In this document: one piece after another, positions 27,178-36,854 of the stretch
Layout: every line of letters starts with the position of its first letter
Numbering within the stretch: position 1 is the first letter of the stretch
The notes under the pieces: generated by a model
Told to the model about the DNA's origin: nothing
What the model saw: the letters and a program-made list of their open reading frames with translations, nothing else
Databases searched by the model: none
Assembly (NCBI RefSeq): GCF_002352205.1
Contig: NZ_DEHZ01000014.1
Coordinates: forward strand, 97,047-161,046
Direction of reading: 5' to 3'
Source: Flavobacterium sp. UBA2787
GTDB lineage: Bacteria; Bacteroidota; Bacteroidia; Flavobacteriales; Flavobacteriaceae
DNA length: 64,000 bases
Made by a program: the position numbers and the translations under genes

Positions 27178-29114
27178 TTCACAAATTTTTGAATGAGTAT
27201 TTCCAGTACCACAAATAATAATGTAAGTATCACAAACCATTTCCAAATTGTGTTATCTGTTCGGTTGGTTTGCAAAGCATCAAAAACAGATTCAATTGAA
27301 TTACCGTTTTCGTAAGATTCTAATAAATTTGAATTATCCAAGCCTAAATCACTTTCGGTTAGGGAATAATTAAAACTTATATTTTTTATGATTGTATTAT
27401 CTTTTAAAGCATTGAAATTTCCGGATTGACTTGGACTTTCCGAAAAAGTAAGTTTTACTTTATTGTTCAGAATTTGTTGTTGCGGAATAAATTTTTCGCT
27501 TTTTTCATCAGTTACCGAAACCACAGAAATAATTTCATCTTTTGCCAAAAGTTGGTCAATTGTTATGGGAGAAGAAGTGCCAACTGTCAGGGCATTGATT
27601 CCCGTTTTCGCACTTTGAAAAGCCATATTATAAAACGTCGGAACAATTAAAGGAGAATTTTTAAAGTTAGAATTTCCCTTGTTAATTGGTGCCGAAAAAA
27701 CATAAAATGAACCCAACGAATTGGAAACTGCTGTTAAAAACGGACTTTGATCTTCATACGTCAAAATAGAAGGATAAGCACTTTTTAAAGTGAAATTTGT
27801 TTTAGTATTTGGATATTGAAAATTCGCAACTTTCTTTTCAAAAACACCATTATAAAGTGGATGAGAAAATGAAATGGTAGTAATTTGTGCTTCTTTTTTA
27901 AGTAATTCATCCACAGAAAATGTTCCAAAATTTCTAAGCAAACTGTTTATATTCAATGCATTATTTTCTTCTGACGGAATAAAAATAATATTTCCTCCTT
28001 TATCATAAAAAGCTTTTAATGTGGTTTGAAGAGCTTGCGGAATTTCTTTTATTTCATTGAGAATAATAGCATCTTGTTTTTCCAATAAATTATAATCCAA
28101 CGATTTTAATTCAAATTGCGAAAAGACAAATTCATTCTCAGTATAAATTTTCGTCAGAAATTGATTTTTATCCGCATTACCAATGGCTAAAATTGAAGCT
28201 TTTTCAGGTTTAGAAATACTGAAATAGTAATAATTGTCATAACTCAACCCAGGTTCGTCAATAAAAACATAACCGTTGAAATCAGCTTTTGGAATAGTGA
28301 AAAAAAGTTCTTTTTCTGTTTGATCCAATTTTACTTGTGTTTTGGCAATCAGTTGTTTTTGATTGTAAATGGCAACAGGAATTTCTTGTTCCGACTTTCC
28401 GTATGCTTTTAATTTTACACCAATTTCATAAAAATTATCTAACGTTTGTTGAAGATAAACACTATCAACCGACACATTATTTTTTTGTTCCGATTTGGGT
28501 AGGATAAAGATGGGATTAATCGTTTCATCAATTGGTTTTAACTGATTTGCTTGAAGATTTATCGCATCAGTAATCACCACAACATCTTTATTAAAAGGAG
28601 TCTTTCTGGATTTAATTTTCGTTAAACTCTGATCCAATTGAAAATTTGTGGCACTGTAATCCAAATTCATCAATTCTTTTTGAATCGATTTGATGTCTGT
28701 ATTCCAATATACATCATCATTGGTAAGGAGAGAAAAAGTTGTGCTTTCAGGTGTATTTTCTAATAATTCCTGAACAGCTCTTTTCAATAATTCACCTTGT
28801 TTTCCTTTGGCTTGCATGCTAAACGAATTGTCTAAAACAAGATATAATTCGTTGGTAACTCCTTTACTGTCTTTGGCTTTAAAAAAGGGTTGGGCAAATG
28901 CAAAAATCAACGCTGTTAAAAGTAACAATCGTGTTAATAACAACAACCATTTTTTGAGTTGAGAGCTTTTTCTGGTTTGTATGGAAAGTTCTTTCAGGAA
29001 TTTTACATTAGTGAAATATTCCTTTTTAAATCGTCTGAGTTGAAATAAATGGACTAAAATTGGCAACACCAATAAAAAAAGGAAATACAGAATTTCAGGA
29101 TGTTTAAACTGCAT
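27174..29114 (-). CDS. BatA-domain (N-terminal double-TM) membrane protein
   Basis: MQFKHPEILYFLFLLVLPILVHLFQLRRFKKEYF from ATG 29114. Large extracytoplasmic region and a C-terminal TM helix. Confidence 0.7.
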   Translation of the reverse strand: MQFKHPEILYFLFLLVLPILVHLFQLRRFKKEYFTNVKFLKELSIQTRKSSQLKKWLLLLTRLLLLTALIFAFAQPFFKAKDSKGVTNELYLVLDNSFSMQAKGKQGELLKRAVQELLENTPESTTFSLLTNDDVYWNTDIKSIQKELMNLDYSATNFQLDQSLTKIKSRKTPFNKDVVVITDAINLQANQLKPIDETINPIFILPKSEQKNNVSVDSVYLQQTLDNFYEIGVKLKAYGKSEQEIPVAIYNQKQLIAKTQVKLDQTEKELFFTIPKADFNGYVFIDEPGLSYDNYYYFSISKPEKASILAIGNADKNQFLTKIYTENEFVFSQFELKSLDYNLLEKQDAIILNEIKEIPQALQTTLKAFYDKGGNIIFIPSEENNALNINSLLRNFGTFSVDELLKKEAQITTISFSHPLYNGVFEKKVANFQYPNTKTNFTLKSAYPSILTYEDQSPFLTAVSNSLGSFYVFSAPINKGNSNFKNSPLIVPTFYNMAFQSAKTGINALTVGTSSPITIDQLLAKDEIISVVSVTDEKSEKFIPQQQILNNKVKLTFSESPSQSGNFNALKDNTIIKNISFNYSLTESDLGLDNSNLLESYENGNSIESVFDALQTNRTDNTIWKWFVILTLLFVVLEILIQKFVK

Positions 29115-29206
29115 TAATTGAAAGTTTGTCAAAGATAGCTTTTATATTTTAATAGCACAAATCAAAAGTGTTAAGCAAAAGCGAAAGCTTGGGAGAAGAA
29201 AAACAT

Positions 29207-30550
29207 TTATTTTTTCTTTCTTTTCTCATCTCTTTTTCGTTCCACACCTCGATTTCTCGATTCGGTTTTTCTTGGCGTTCTTTTTCCGGGACCACCAAGA
29301 TTTACCTTTTTATTTTTATCTTTTTTATCGTGAAATGCTTCGCCACCTTCTTTCTTTGGACGTTTCAAAAGCACTTTCATTTTTCTCTTTTCTTTTTCGA
29401 ATTCAAGTACTTTTTCTTCGATTTCGATGTTAGGAAGTGGTAAAAACTCAATTTCCTTTTCCATTAAAATTTCGGCTTCAATTTGAATTTCTTCTTCTCT
29501 CGGACTCACAAAACTCACTGCGACACCGGTTTTATCGGCACGACCGGTTCGACCAATTCTGTGTACATATTGTTCAGGAACTTCAGGAAATTCCATATTG
29601 ACAACGTGGGTGATATCAGAAATATCCAAACCACGAGCCATTACATCAGTAGTTACAATTCCTCTGATTTCTCCTGCTTGAAACGAAGCCATCGTATTCA
29701 AACGATAATTTTGCGATTTATTCGAATGAATCAAACCAAACTGATCCGGAAATTCTTCTTCCAAAGCTACAGAAACTAAATCAGCTGTTTTTTTATTGTT
29801 GATGAAAATCAGCAATCGCGACATACTTTCATCGGAGTGTAAAAGTTCTTTTAGTAAATTTAATTTGGTTAGAAAATTTGGCACTTTATAACCAATTTGC
29901 GTAATTTTTTCTAAAGGCGTTCCCGATGGAGCCAACGAAACTTCGACAGGAAAGTCAAAATATTCATCCAACATATCATCCACTTCATCCGTCATTGTAG
30001 CTGAGAAAAGGATGTTTTGTCTTTTTGATTTTAACATCGTTAGTATGGAAGTAACCTGAAAACGGAAACCTAAGTTTAGCATTTCATCAAATTCATCAAT
30101 CACTAATTTCTGAATTTCATCAAAACGAATAACGTTGTCCAAAGCCAAATCCATCACTCGTCCCGGTGTTCCCACTAAAATATCAACACCTTGATAAACC
30201 GCTGTTTTTTGAGTGTTAATGTTTACACCTCCATAAACACCTAATGTTCGAACGGACATATATTGGGTCAATTTTACGACTTCTTCGGCAACTTGAACGA
30301 CTAATTCACGTGTTGGAACTAAAATCAAAACCCGTGGTGTGTGGGTATTTTGAAATTTCCAATGTTTTAAAATCGGTAATAAGTAAGCAAAAGTCTTTCC
30401 GGTTCCGGTTTGAGCAATTCCCATCATATCGCGACCGGATAAAATAACCGGCATCGATTTAATTTGAATAGGAGTTGGGGTGGTAAAACCTAATTCATCA
30501 ATTGCTTTTTGCAATGATTTAGGTAAATCAAAATCCAGAAAAGTAGACAT
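29207..30550 (-). CDS. DEAD-box ATP-dependent RNA helicase (RhlE-like) with basic C-terminal tail
   Basis: Q motif, AQTGTGKT, DEFD (DEAD-variant), SAT, HRIGRTGR. Lys/Arg-rich C-terminus. Confidence 0.92.
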   Translation of the reverse strand: MSTFLDFDLPKSLQKAIDELGFTTPTPIQIKSMPVILSGRDMMGIAQTGTGKTFAYLLPILKHWKFQNTHTPRVLILVPTRELVVQVAEEVVKLTQYMSVRTLGVYGGVNINTQKTAVYQGVDILVGTPGRVMDLALDNVIRFDEIQKLVIDEFDEMLNLGFRFQVTSILTMLKSKRQNILFSATMTDEVDDMLDEYFDFPVEVSLAPSGTPLEKITQIGYKVPNFLTKLNLLKELLHSDESMSRLLIFINNKKTADLVSVALEEEFPDQFGLIHSNKSQNYRLNTMASFQAGEIRGIVTTDVMARGLDISDITHVVNMEFPEVPEQYVHRIGRTGRADKTGVAVSFVSPREEEIQIEAEILMEKEIEFLPLPNIEIEEKVLEFEKEKRKMKVLLKRPKKEGGEAFHDKKDKNKKVNLGGPGKRTPRKTESRNRGVERKRDEKRKKK

Positions 30551-30604
30551 AAAAAAGATAATTTTTGCAAAGGTACGGAATTTTAAATCAATGCCTAAAT
30601 CGGA

Positions 30605-31369
30605 CTAAAATCCTTCAAAAACACCTAATCCAAATAGAGCAAAATCATATTTTACAGGATCACTTTTGTCTAAATTTTGTAAGTTGGAATCTAACTCAAA
30701 AAGTGCTTTTGCGTCGTTTTGTTTTCGCGTAAGCAAACCTAATTTTCGAGCTACATTTCCGGAATGAACGTCAAGCGGACACGAAAGTTGAGAGGGAGAA
30801 ATGGAGTTCCAAATGCCTAAATCAACTCCTACATTATCTTTTCTCACCATCCATCGTAAAAACATATTAATTCGTTTAGCGGCGGAATTATTCATTGGAT
30901 CTGAAACATGTTTTTGTGTACGATATTGATGTTCAATTTCAAAAAATACAGATTTAAAATTTGAAATATTTTGTTGTAAGGTGTTGCTTTGTATATCTTT
31001 ACTGAAAACAGATTCCAATCCATCGTGATTTTGATAAATGTTTTTTAATGCTTTGATAAAGGAAACACAATCTGTTCCATTAAAAGTGCGATGGACAAAA
31101 TCATTCAATCTCTCTAAATCATTTTCGTTATGATTCATTACAAAATCGTAGGGTGAATTACCTAATTTAGCCATTAAGTTTTGACTATTATTGATGATCA
31201 TTTTGCGATTTCCCCACGAAATGGTGGCGGCCAAGAATCCTGCAATTTCAATATCTTCTTTTAAGGTATAAAGATGTGGAATTTGAATTGGATCACTTTC
31301 AATAAATTTTGGATGGTTGTACAATTGAACTTTTTCGTCCAGAAATTCTTTTAATTCCGCTTGATTCAT
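30605..31369 (-). CDS. TIGR02757/DUF2400-family protein
   Basis: 254 aa. SDPIQIPH...EIAGFLAATISWGNRKMII pattern. Its ATG shares one base with the upstream stop (TAATG). Confidence 0.65.
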   Translation of the reverse strand: MNQAELKEFLDEKVQLYNHPKFIESDPIQIPHLYTLKEDIEIAGFLAATISWGNRKMIINNSQNLMAKLGNSPYDFVMNHNENDLERLNDFVHRTFNGTDCVSFIKALKNIYQNHDGLESVFSKDIQSNTLQQNISNFKSVFFEIEHQYRTQKHVSDPMNNSAAKRINMFLRWMVRKDNVGVDLGIWNSISPSQLSCPLDVHSGNVARKLGLLTRKQNDAKALFELDSNLQNLDKSDPVKYDFALFGLGVFEGF

Positions 31370-32076
31370 TAAACAGTTGCATTTGGTAAGGATGAAAAAT
31401 CAATCCAACCTGAATTTTGATCAAATAAACCATCTTTCATGATTAATTTTCTGTCGGCCATGTTCGCTAAGGTTTCATTGTGCGTAACAATTACAAACGT
31501 TTGTCCGAATTCATCTCGTAATTTAAAAAATAATTCGTGTAAATTTTCGGCAGAAGTGGTATCTAAATTCCCTGAAGGTTCATCTGCAAAAATCACAGCC
31601 GGTTTATTGATTAAAGCTCTGGCAACTGCCACACGTTGTTGTTCTCCACCGGAGAGTTCAGCAGGTTTGTGATCCATTCGATGTGATAAGCCAAGATAAT
31701 TAAGTAGTTTAACCGCTTCTTCTTCAGCTTCAGATTTTGATTTCCCTGAAATAAAAGCCGGAATGCATACATTTTCTAACGCTGTGAATTCAGGTAACAA
31801 TTGATGAAATTGAAATATAAATCCCAATTTTTGGTTTCTAAATTTCGATAATTGCTTGTCATTCATATCTAAAACCGATTCACCATCAATTACTAAGGAA
31901 GTTCCGTTTTCTTTTGAAGGTTTTTCTAAAGTTCCTAAAATTTGAAGAAGCGTGGTTTTTCCGGCACCAGATGCACCTACAATAGAAACAACTTCTCCTT
32001 TTTTAATAGAGAGATCTACACCTTTTAAAACGTGTAATTGGTCAAAATATTTATGAATTCCTTTTACTTGTATCAT
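31369..32076 (-). CDS. ABC transporter ATP-binding protein (LolD/MacB-type)
   Basis: Walker [10 protein letters not shown], signature [15 protein letters not shown], Walker [12 protein letters not shown]. Confidence 0.88.
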   Translation of the reverse strand: MIQVKGIHKYFDQLHVLKGVDLSIKKGEVVSIVGASGAGKTTLLQILGTLEKPSKENGTSLVIDGESVLDMNDKQLSKFRNQKLGFIFQFHQLLPEFTALENVCIPAFISGKSKSEAEEEAVKLLNYLGLSHRMDHKPAELSGGEQQRVAVARALINKPAVIFADEPSGNLDTTSAENLHELFFKLRDEFGQTFVIVTHNETLANMADRKLIMKDGLFDQNSGWIDFSSLPNATV

Positions 32077-32195
32077 CTGAAACTATTTTTACAAAGTAAC
32101 AAAGATTTTAAAGATTTTGAAACCGTATCAGTTCTATTTATCGTAGTATAAATAATAAAATTACGTTAAAGATGTAGTTTTGTTTAATATTGTGG

Positions 32196-32203
32196 TATAT
32201 TTG
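32196..32203 (+). promoter_or_regulatory. candidate -7 promoter box (TATATTTG)
   Basis: TAnnTTTG match 18 nt upstream of the msrA ATG at 32221. Confidence 0.4.
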
Positions 32204-32220
32204 TTAAACAAAAATAAGTA

Positions 32221-32868
32221 ATGAAAAAATTAATTTTAATAGTGTTAGCCTTTTCAAATTTCTCATGTCAATCGCAAGAAAGAAAAAGTGCTTTTTTAGA
32301 AAATAAACAACCAGTAAAAATGAATGTAGAAAACGGATTAGAACTAGCCACTTTTGCCGGTGGATGTTTTTGGTGTACAGAGGCAGTTTTTTTAGAAATT
32401 GAAGGCGTTAAAAAAGTAGTTTCAGGCTACATAGGCGGAACAACAAAAAATCCAACTTATAAAGATATCGGAACAGGAATGACCGGTCACGCAGAAGCAA
32501 TTCAAATCACTTTTGACCCAAAAATTGTTTCATTTGGAGAATTATTGGAAATTTATTTTGCTACACACGATCCAACAACATTAAATCGTCAAGGAAATGA
32601 TGTAGGAACACAATACCGTAGCGAAGTGTTTTACTATAATGACAACCAAAAACAATTGACTGAAGATTATATTAAATTGATGACAAATGAAAAAACGTTT
32701 AAAGATCCAATTGTGACGAGAGTTTCAGCGGCTTCTGTTTTTTATGAAGCGGAAGATTATCATCAGAATTATTACAATTTAAACAAAACTCAATCGTACT
32801 GCAGTTATGTCATTACACCTAAAATTGATAAATTGAAAAAGAATTTTAAAGATAAATTGAAAAATTAA
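32221..32868 (+). CDS. msrA: peptide-methionine (S)-S-oxide reductase, exported/lipoprotein form
   Basis: GGCFWCTEAVF active site and GHAEAIQITFDP. N-terminal signal peptide with lipobox FSNFSC. Confidence 0.92.
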   Translation: MKKLILIVLAFSNFSCQSQERKSAFLENKQPVKMNVENGLELATFAGGCFWCTEAVFLEIEGVKKVVSGYIGGTTKNPTYKDIGTGMTGHAEAIQITFDPKIVSFGELLEIYFATHDPTTLNRQGNDVGTQYRSEVFYYNDNQKQLTEDYIKLMTNEKTFKDPIVTRVSAASVFYEAEDYHQNYYNLNKTQSYCSYVITPKIDKLKKNFKDKLKN

Positions 32869-32908
32869 TTACGCAAAAGTTAATAAGAATCTCAAAAAAA
32901 CAAACGCT

Positions 32909-33580
32909 ATGAATAACCACATTGAAAAAGAATTATTTGAACTTTTGGGTGATGAACATCAGATGACTTCGGCAGAAACACCTTTGAGACCGGATGCATT
33001 TAATAAATCGGATGCTGAGAAAATGGCAACCATTGAAAAACACTTTCATAGTATTATGGAAGAAATGGGTTTGGATATGACCGATGATAGTTTACGTGGA
33101 ACTCCGCATCGAGTGGCAAAAATGTTTATTCAAGAAATTTTTAGCGGTTTAAATCCTGCAAATAAACCGAAAATTTCCGTTTTTGAAAACAGTTATCATT
33201 ATGACAAAATGCTGGTTGAAGCAAACATCAGTTTCAATTCAACTTGCGAACATCATTTTTTGCCAATAATCGGGAAAGCTCATATTGGTTATGTTTCGAA
33301 TGGAAAAGTGATTGGTTTATCCAAATTAAATCGAATTGTTGATTATTTTGCCAGACGACCACAGGTACAAGAGCGAATGATTATGCAAATTTTTAACGAA
33401 TTAAAATCCGTTTTAAATACAGAAGATGTGATAGTTGTGGTGGAAGCCGAACATTTGTGCGTGTCAAGTCGCGGAATAAAAGACAGTTCTAGTTATACTT
33501 CAACCATTCAATATGGCGGAATTTTTTCTGAAAAAGAGAATAGAAATGACTTTTTTAATTTAATGAAGAAGGAAAAATAA
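32909..33580 (+). CDS. folE: GTP cyclohydrolase I
   Basis: GTPHRVAKMF, SMCEHH-type motif (STCEHHFLP), RPQVQERM. Confidence 0.93.
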   Translation: MNNHIEKELFELLGDEHQMTSAETPLRPDAFNKSDAEKMATIEKHFHSIMEEMGLDMTDDSLRGTPHRVAKMFIQEIFSGLNPANKPKISVFENSYHYDKMLVEANISFNSTCEHHFLPIIGKAHIGYVSNGKVIGLSKLNRIVDYFARRPQVQERMIMQIFNELKSVLNTEDVIVVVEAEHLCVSSRGIKDSSSYTSTIQYGGIFSEKENRNDFFNLMKKEK

Positions 33581-33629
33581 TTTGGCATCAATTTTGTCGT
33601 TATAATTGTAGATTATTTAATTTTAAATT

Positions 33630-33923
33630 ATGACAAAAGAAGTTGCTGTTCAAACAGTTAAAGATACCAAATCGAGAGATTTAGTTTTAAGTCTCATTTT
33701 TGACGGGATTGGAATGCTATCTTATTTAGTTCCATTTTTTGGAGCAATATCCGATGTTATTTGGGCTCCAATTGCCGGTATAATTTTGATGAGAATGTAT
33801 AAAGGAACAGTAGGAACTGTCGGAGGTTTTATAGTTTTTGTTGAAGAATTAATGCCGGGACTAGACTTTATTCCAACTTTCACCATAACTTGGATTTATA
33901 CCTATCTGATAAAAAAGAAATAA
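33630..33923 (+). CDS. small membrane protein
   Basis: 97 aa with 2-3 hydrophobic helices, followed by a terminator. Confidence 0.5.
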   Translation: MTKEVAVQTVKDTKSRDLVLSLIFDGIGMLSYLVPFFGAISDVIWAPIAGIILMRMYKGTVGTVGGFIVFVEELMPGLDFIPTFTITWIYTYLIKKK

Positions 33924-33933
33924 AAATCAACAG

Positions 33934-33962
33934 AACTGCAATCTAATCATTGCAGTTTTTTA
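33934..33962 (+). terminator. rho-independent terminator
   Basis: AACTGCAAT-CTAATC-ATTGCAGTT (perfect 9-bp stem) followed by a T-run. Confidence 0.85.
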
Positions 33963-34286
33963 TTTTGCAGTAGCCTTTTTTTCAAACCAATTAGCAATAA
34001 AGCCTAATTTCATACTGCGAAGCATTTTCTTTTCGAATGCCCAAAAGAATTCAAATTGCCCGAAAAGAAAACCAAACAAAACGAGTAAAATCTGATAAAT
34101 TGGAAAAATAGCAATTAATCGAAAGGGTAAATAAAACCAGCCTAAATTTTCACTTGTAAGACCAATATAATTTGTAAAAGGTTTCGATAAATAGGCAGAA
34201 ACCGAACCGGTAATTGCAAAAACAATAAAAATAATAACGAGTTGAAAGTTTGACGTAACACCCCAGCGGGCTTTTAATTTTTTCAT
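33960..34286 (-). CDS. small membrane protein (DUF6787-like)
   Basis: MKKLKARWGVTSNFQLVIIFIVFAITGS...; 3 TM helices. Confidence 0.45.
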   Translation of the reverse strand: MKKLKARWGVTSNFQLVIIFIVFAITGSVSAYLSKPFTNYIGLTSENLGWFYLPFRLIAIFPIYQILLVLFGFLFGQFEFFWAFEKKMLRSMKLGFIANWFEKKATAK

Positions 34287-34319
34287 AGATTGTGGTAGAT
34301 TTTCAAAGTAACCAGAATA

Positions 34320-34514
34320 TTAAATCTTTTCTTTTTTGGGATTCTTAACGATTTTTATAATCAACAAAATTAAAGCTAAAGATTTAAATAGCATTCCTAA
34401 TAACAAAAATAAATTACCATTAGAAAAATGTGTTATTTTGAATAGTGCTCCTAAAATGACAAAAAATATACCGAGCAGAAAGGAAACGATAATATAAACA
34501 AATTTTTGCATCAT
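34320..34514 (-). CDS. small 2-TM membrane protein
   Basis: Taken from ATG 34514 (MMQKFVYIIVSFLLGIFF...) to avoid overlap with the upstream gene. Confidence 0.4.
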   Translation of the reverse strand: MMQKFVYIIVSFLLGIFFVILGALFKITHFSNGNLFLLLGMLFKSLALILLIIKIVKNPKKEKI

Positions 34515-34524
34515 GAGGTTTACA

Positions 34525-34974
34525 TTAAATTCTAGCAGCAAATCCGCCAAGTTGCTGTTTATAAGTTTGTTGAAAATAGACCAAATAATTAAAGAGCATA
34601 TAATTTACTTCGTAACCGTAGTCAATACCACTTCGGTAATCAATCTGCATTTGATATAAATTTTGATCAAACCTCATTGGTTGTAGAACACGATTGTTGT
34701 ATTCTGTAACCCAAAATTGATTCCGTGCTTCAAGATAGCTTTGTGAATAATAGTTTCGAGGCATTGCTCTGCTGGCTAACCAAAAATTAAAACCAGGTTC
34801 AATGATGATAATTTCATATTCCAGTTCGTCATTAGCAATTCTTACTGTATCAGAAGCAGTAGATGCAATTTCATTTTCGGTACTAATAGAATTTGGTTTA
34901 TTACCTGAACAGGCATAAATTATATAACATAAGAAGAATATAACAACTCCGTTTTTCATATTATAAAAGTACAA
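34525..34974 (-). CDS. DUF6146-like lipoprotein
   Basis: Lipobox IIYACSGN. ELEYEIIIIEPGFNFWL...YGYEVNYMLFNYLVYFQQ pattern. Confidence 0.55.
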   Translation of the reverse strand: MYFYNMKNGVVIFFLCYIIYACSGNKPNSISTENEIASTASDTVRIANDELEYEIIIIEPGFNFWLASRAMPRNYYSQSYLEARNQFWVTEYNNRVLQPMRFDQNLYQMQIDYRSGIDYGYEVNYMLFNYLVYFQQTYKQQLGGFAARI

Positions 34975-35013
34975 AAATTCAATGATTTATATACTCAATT
35001 AAGTTTATTTAAC

Positions 35014-35040
35014 AAAAAAACCACTCCTAAAGAAGTGGTT
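35014..35040 (-). terminator. rho-independent terminator (minus strand)
   Basis: AACCACT/AGTGGTT 7-bp stem followed, on the minus strand, by a T7 run. Lies just downstream of the DUF937 gene. Confidence 0.7.
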
Positions 35041-35061
35041 ATTAAATCTATATTTTAAAAT

Positions 35062-35619
35062 TTATTTCCCGAAAAATTTACCTAGCAATCCGCCAAGACC
35101 GCCTTTTTTTGTGGCGGCTGCCATCGCATCTTGCATATCTACTTTTCCATCGTTATTTTGATCTAATCCAAACTGACCACCGTATTTAGTTACCATATCC
35201 ATTAAATTGGAATTTCCAGAACCTCCAGAAATAGCACTTACTAAATCTGAAACATCAAAACCTTTTACGTTTGGATCTTTTGCTTTACCAATTAATGAAC
35301 CTAATATTTGCGGTATCATACTCGCAGCTACACCATTGGCAGCAGTACTATCTAAACCAACTTTTTGTCCTAAATTTCCTGAAACTTGTTCAATAAGTTG
35401 TTTAACCACGGGATTTGAGGTTGAACCTGCATTATTACCTTGAAAAAGTCCGGCCAACTGCTCGAGTTTTCCTTCGGAGGCCATTTTTTGCAATCCTGAA
35501 AGTAAAGAACTTTCGGTTTCTTTCATTACGCTATCATTCAACTCGTTTGGAACCGCATTATTTTTCACTACTGCTTGCTCTCCGAATTGTTGTACTAATT
35601 GTGTTAATTGATCTAACAT
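35062..35619 (-). CDS. DUF937-like protein
   Basis: 185 aa, Gly/Ala/Leu-rich repeats, C-terminal GGLGGLLGKFFGK. Confidence 0.55.
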   Translation of the reverse strand: MLDQLTQLVQQFGEQAVVKNNAVPNELNDSVMKETESSLLSGLQKMASEGKLEQLAGLFQGNNAGSTSNPVVKQLIEQVSGNLGQKVGLDSTAANGVAASMIPQILGSLIGKAKDPNVKGFDVSDLVSAISGGSGNSNLMDMVTKYGGQFGLDQNNDGKVDMQDAMAAATKKGGLGGLLGKFFGK

Positions 35620-35686
35620 ATTGTTGGCTTTTAAAGTTATTTATACGAAGTTAGAGAATAAATTCATAACTTTTTATAAATCAATA

Positions 35687-36646
35687 TTATTTTTCTGTTT
35701 TCAACAGGCTAATAATTTGTTCTGCCAATTCTGTTCCAATTCTGTCTTGAGCTTCTAAAGTAGCCGCACCTATGTGTGGAGTTAGCGAAATTTTCGGATG
35801 CATTAATATTTGTATTTCCGGAGTTGGTTCGTTTTCAAAAACATCCAAACCAGCAAAAAGTACTTTACCCTCGTCTAATGCTTCTACTAACGCAACTTCA
35901 TCAATTACACCACCACGAGCTGCGTTAACAATTCCAACATTATCTTTCATAATGTTAAACTCTTCACGACCAATTACGTAGCCATCTTGAGCCGGCACGT
36001 GTAAAGTCACAAAGTCTGAATGTCTAAGTAAATCTTCAATCGGCTCGGTTACAATATCAACATTAATAAACTGATCATTATAAAAATCTACACGAATTAC
36101 GGCTTCGCCAACATATTTATCGGAAGCAATTACTTTCATTCCTAAACCAAGAGCCATTTTTGCCACTGCTTGACCAATTCTACCGAAACCGATGATTCCA
36201 AGGGTTTTTCCACGTAATTCAATTCCGTTTGCGTAGGCTTTTTTCAAACCTTCAAAATTGGTATCGCCTTCCAATGGCATATTTCTATTGGCATCATGCA
36301 GAAAACGAACACCCGAAAACAAATGAGCAAAAACTAATTCGGCTACCGATTCTGAGGAAGATGCCGGAGTATTGATGACATGAATTCCTTTTTCGCGAGC
36401 ATACGTAACATCAATATTATCCATACCCACACCACCGCGACCGATGATTTTTAGACTCGGACAATTATCGATGATATCTTTTCTAACTTTAGTTGCACTT
36501 CGTACTAAAATTACGCTTACTTGATTTGCATTAATAAAATTTGCCACTTGTTCTTGGGCAACTTTGGTTGTAATTACTTCAAACCCTCCTTTTTCTAGGG
36601 CTTTAATTCCGCTTGGAGAAATTCCGTCGTTGGCTAGTACTTTCAT
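35687..36646 (-). CDS. serA: D-3-phosphoglycerate dehydrogenase (D-2-hydroxyacid dehydrogenase family)
   Basis: NAD site GIIGFGRIGQAV and catalytic R/E/H layout (NAARGG...TPHIGA). Adjacent to serC. Confidence 0.85.
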   Translation of the reverse strand: MKVLANDGISPSGIKALEKGGFEVITTKVAQEQVANFINANQVSVILVRSATKVRKDIIDNCPSLKIIGRGGVGMDNIDVTYAREKGIHVINTPASSSESVAELVFAHLFSGVRFLHDANRNMPLEGDTNFEGLKKAYANGIELRGKTLGIIGFGRIGQAVAKMALGLGMKVIASDKYVGEAVIRVDFYNDQFINVDIVTEPIEDLLRHSDFVTLHVPAQDGYVIGREEFNIMKDNVGIVNAARGGVIDEVALVEALDEGKVLFAGLDVFENEPTPEIQILMHPKISLTPHIGAATLEAQDRIGTELAEQIISLLKTEK

Positions 36647-36654
36647 TTTTTTGT

Positions 36655-36684
36655 CATTGCGAGGAACGAAACAATCTCGTTCTC
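36655..36684 (-). repeat. fragment of the modular GC-rich intergenic element (E5)
   Basis: The reverse complement GAGAACGAGATTGTTTCGTTCCTCGCAATG resembles the GCTTTCCGTTGCAATC module. Confidence 0.35.
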
Positions 36685-36826
36685 AAATTAATATTTTTTT
36701 ATTTATCTACAATTTATTCCTTGATTAATGGAACACGGATTCTATGGATGAAATAGATTTAATCTGATTTTAAGCTTCGCTAGAAGGATGAAAATGGATT
36801 TGTTTGGTGTAATATTCGCTTTCAAA

Positions 36827-36854
36827 AACTCCTAACTCCTAACTTCCAACTCTC
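36827..36854. repeat. heptamer tract (AACTCCT AACTCCT AACTTCC AACTCTC)
   Basis: Period 7 x4. Spans the serC stop codon (36832-36834) and encodes the last residues ELEVRS. Confidence 0.75.

Noticed and set aside
27178-27246. N-terminal extension of the dihydroorotase-like ORF (MEMVCDTYIIICG...).
   Set aside because: It would overlap the 3' end of the BatA-domain gene by 70 nt. MNLIIRNATIID is the family-typical N-terminus and gives a classic ATGA junction.
29168-29443. Plus-strand 91-aa ORF opposite the helicase C-terminal tail.
   Set aside because: It is a low-complexity F/S-rich translation of the antisense of a Lys-rich coding tail.
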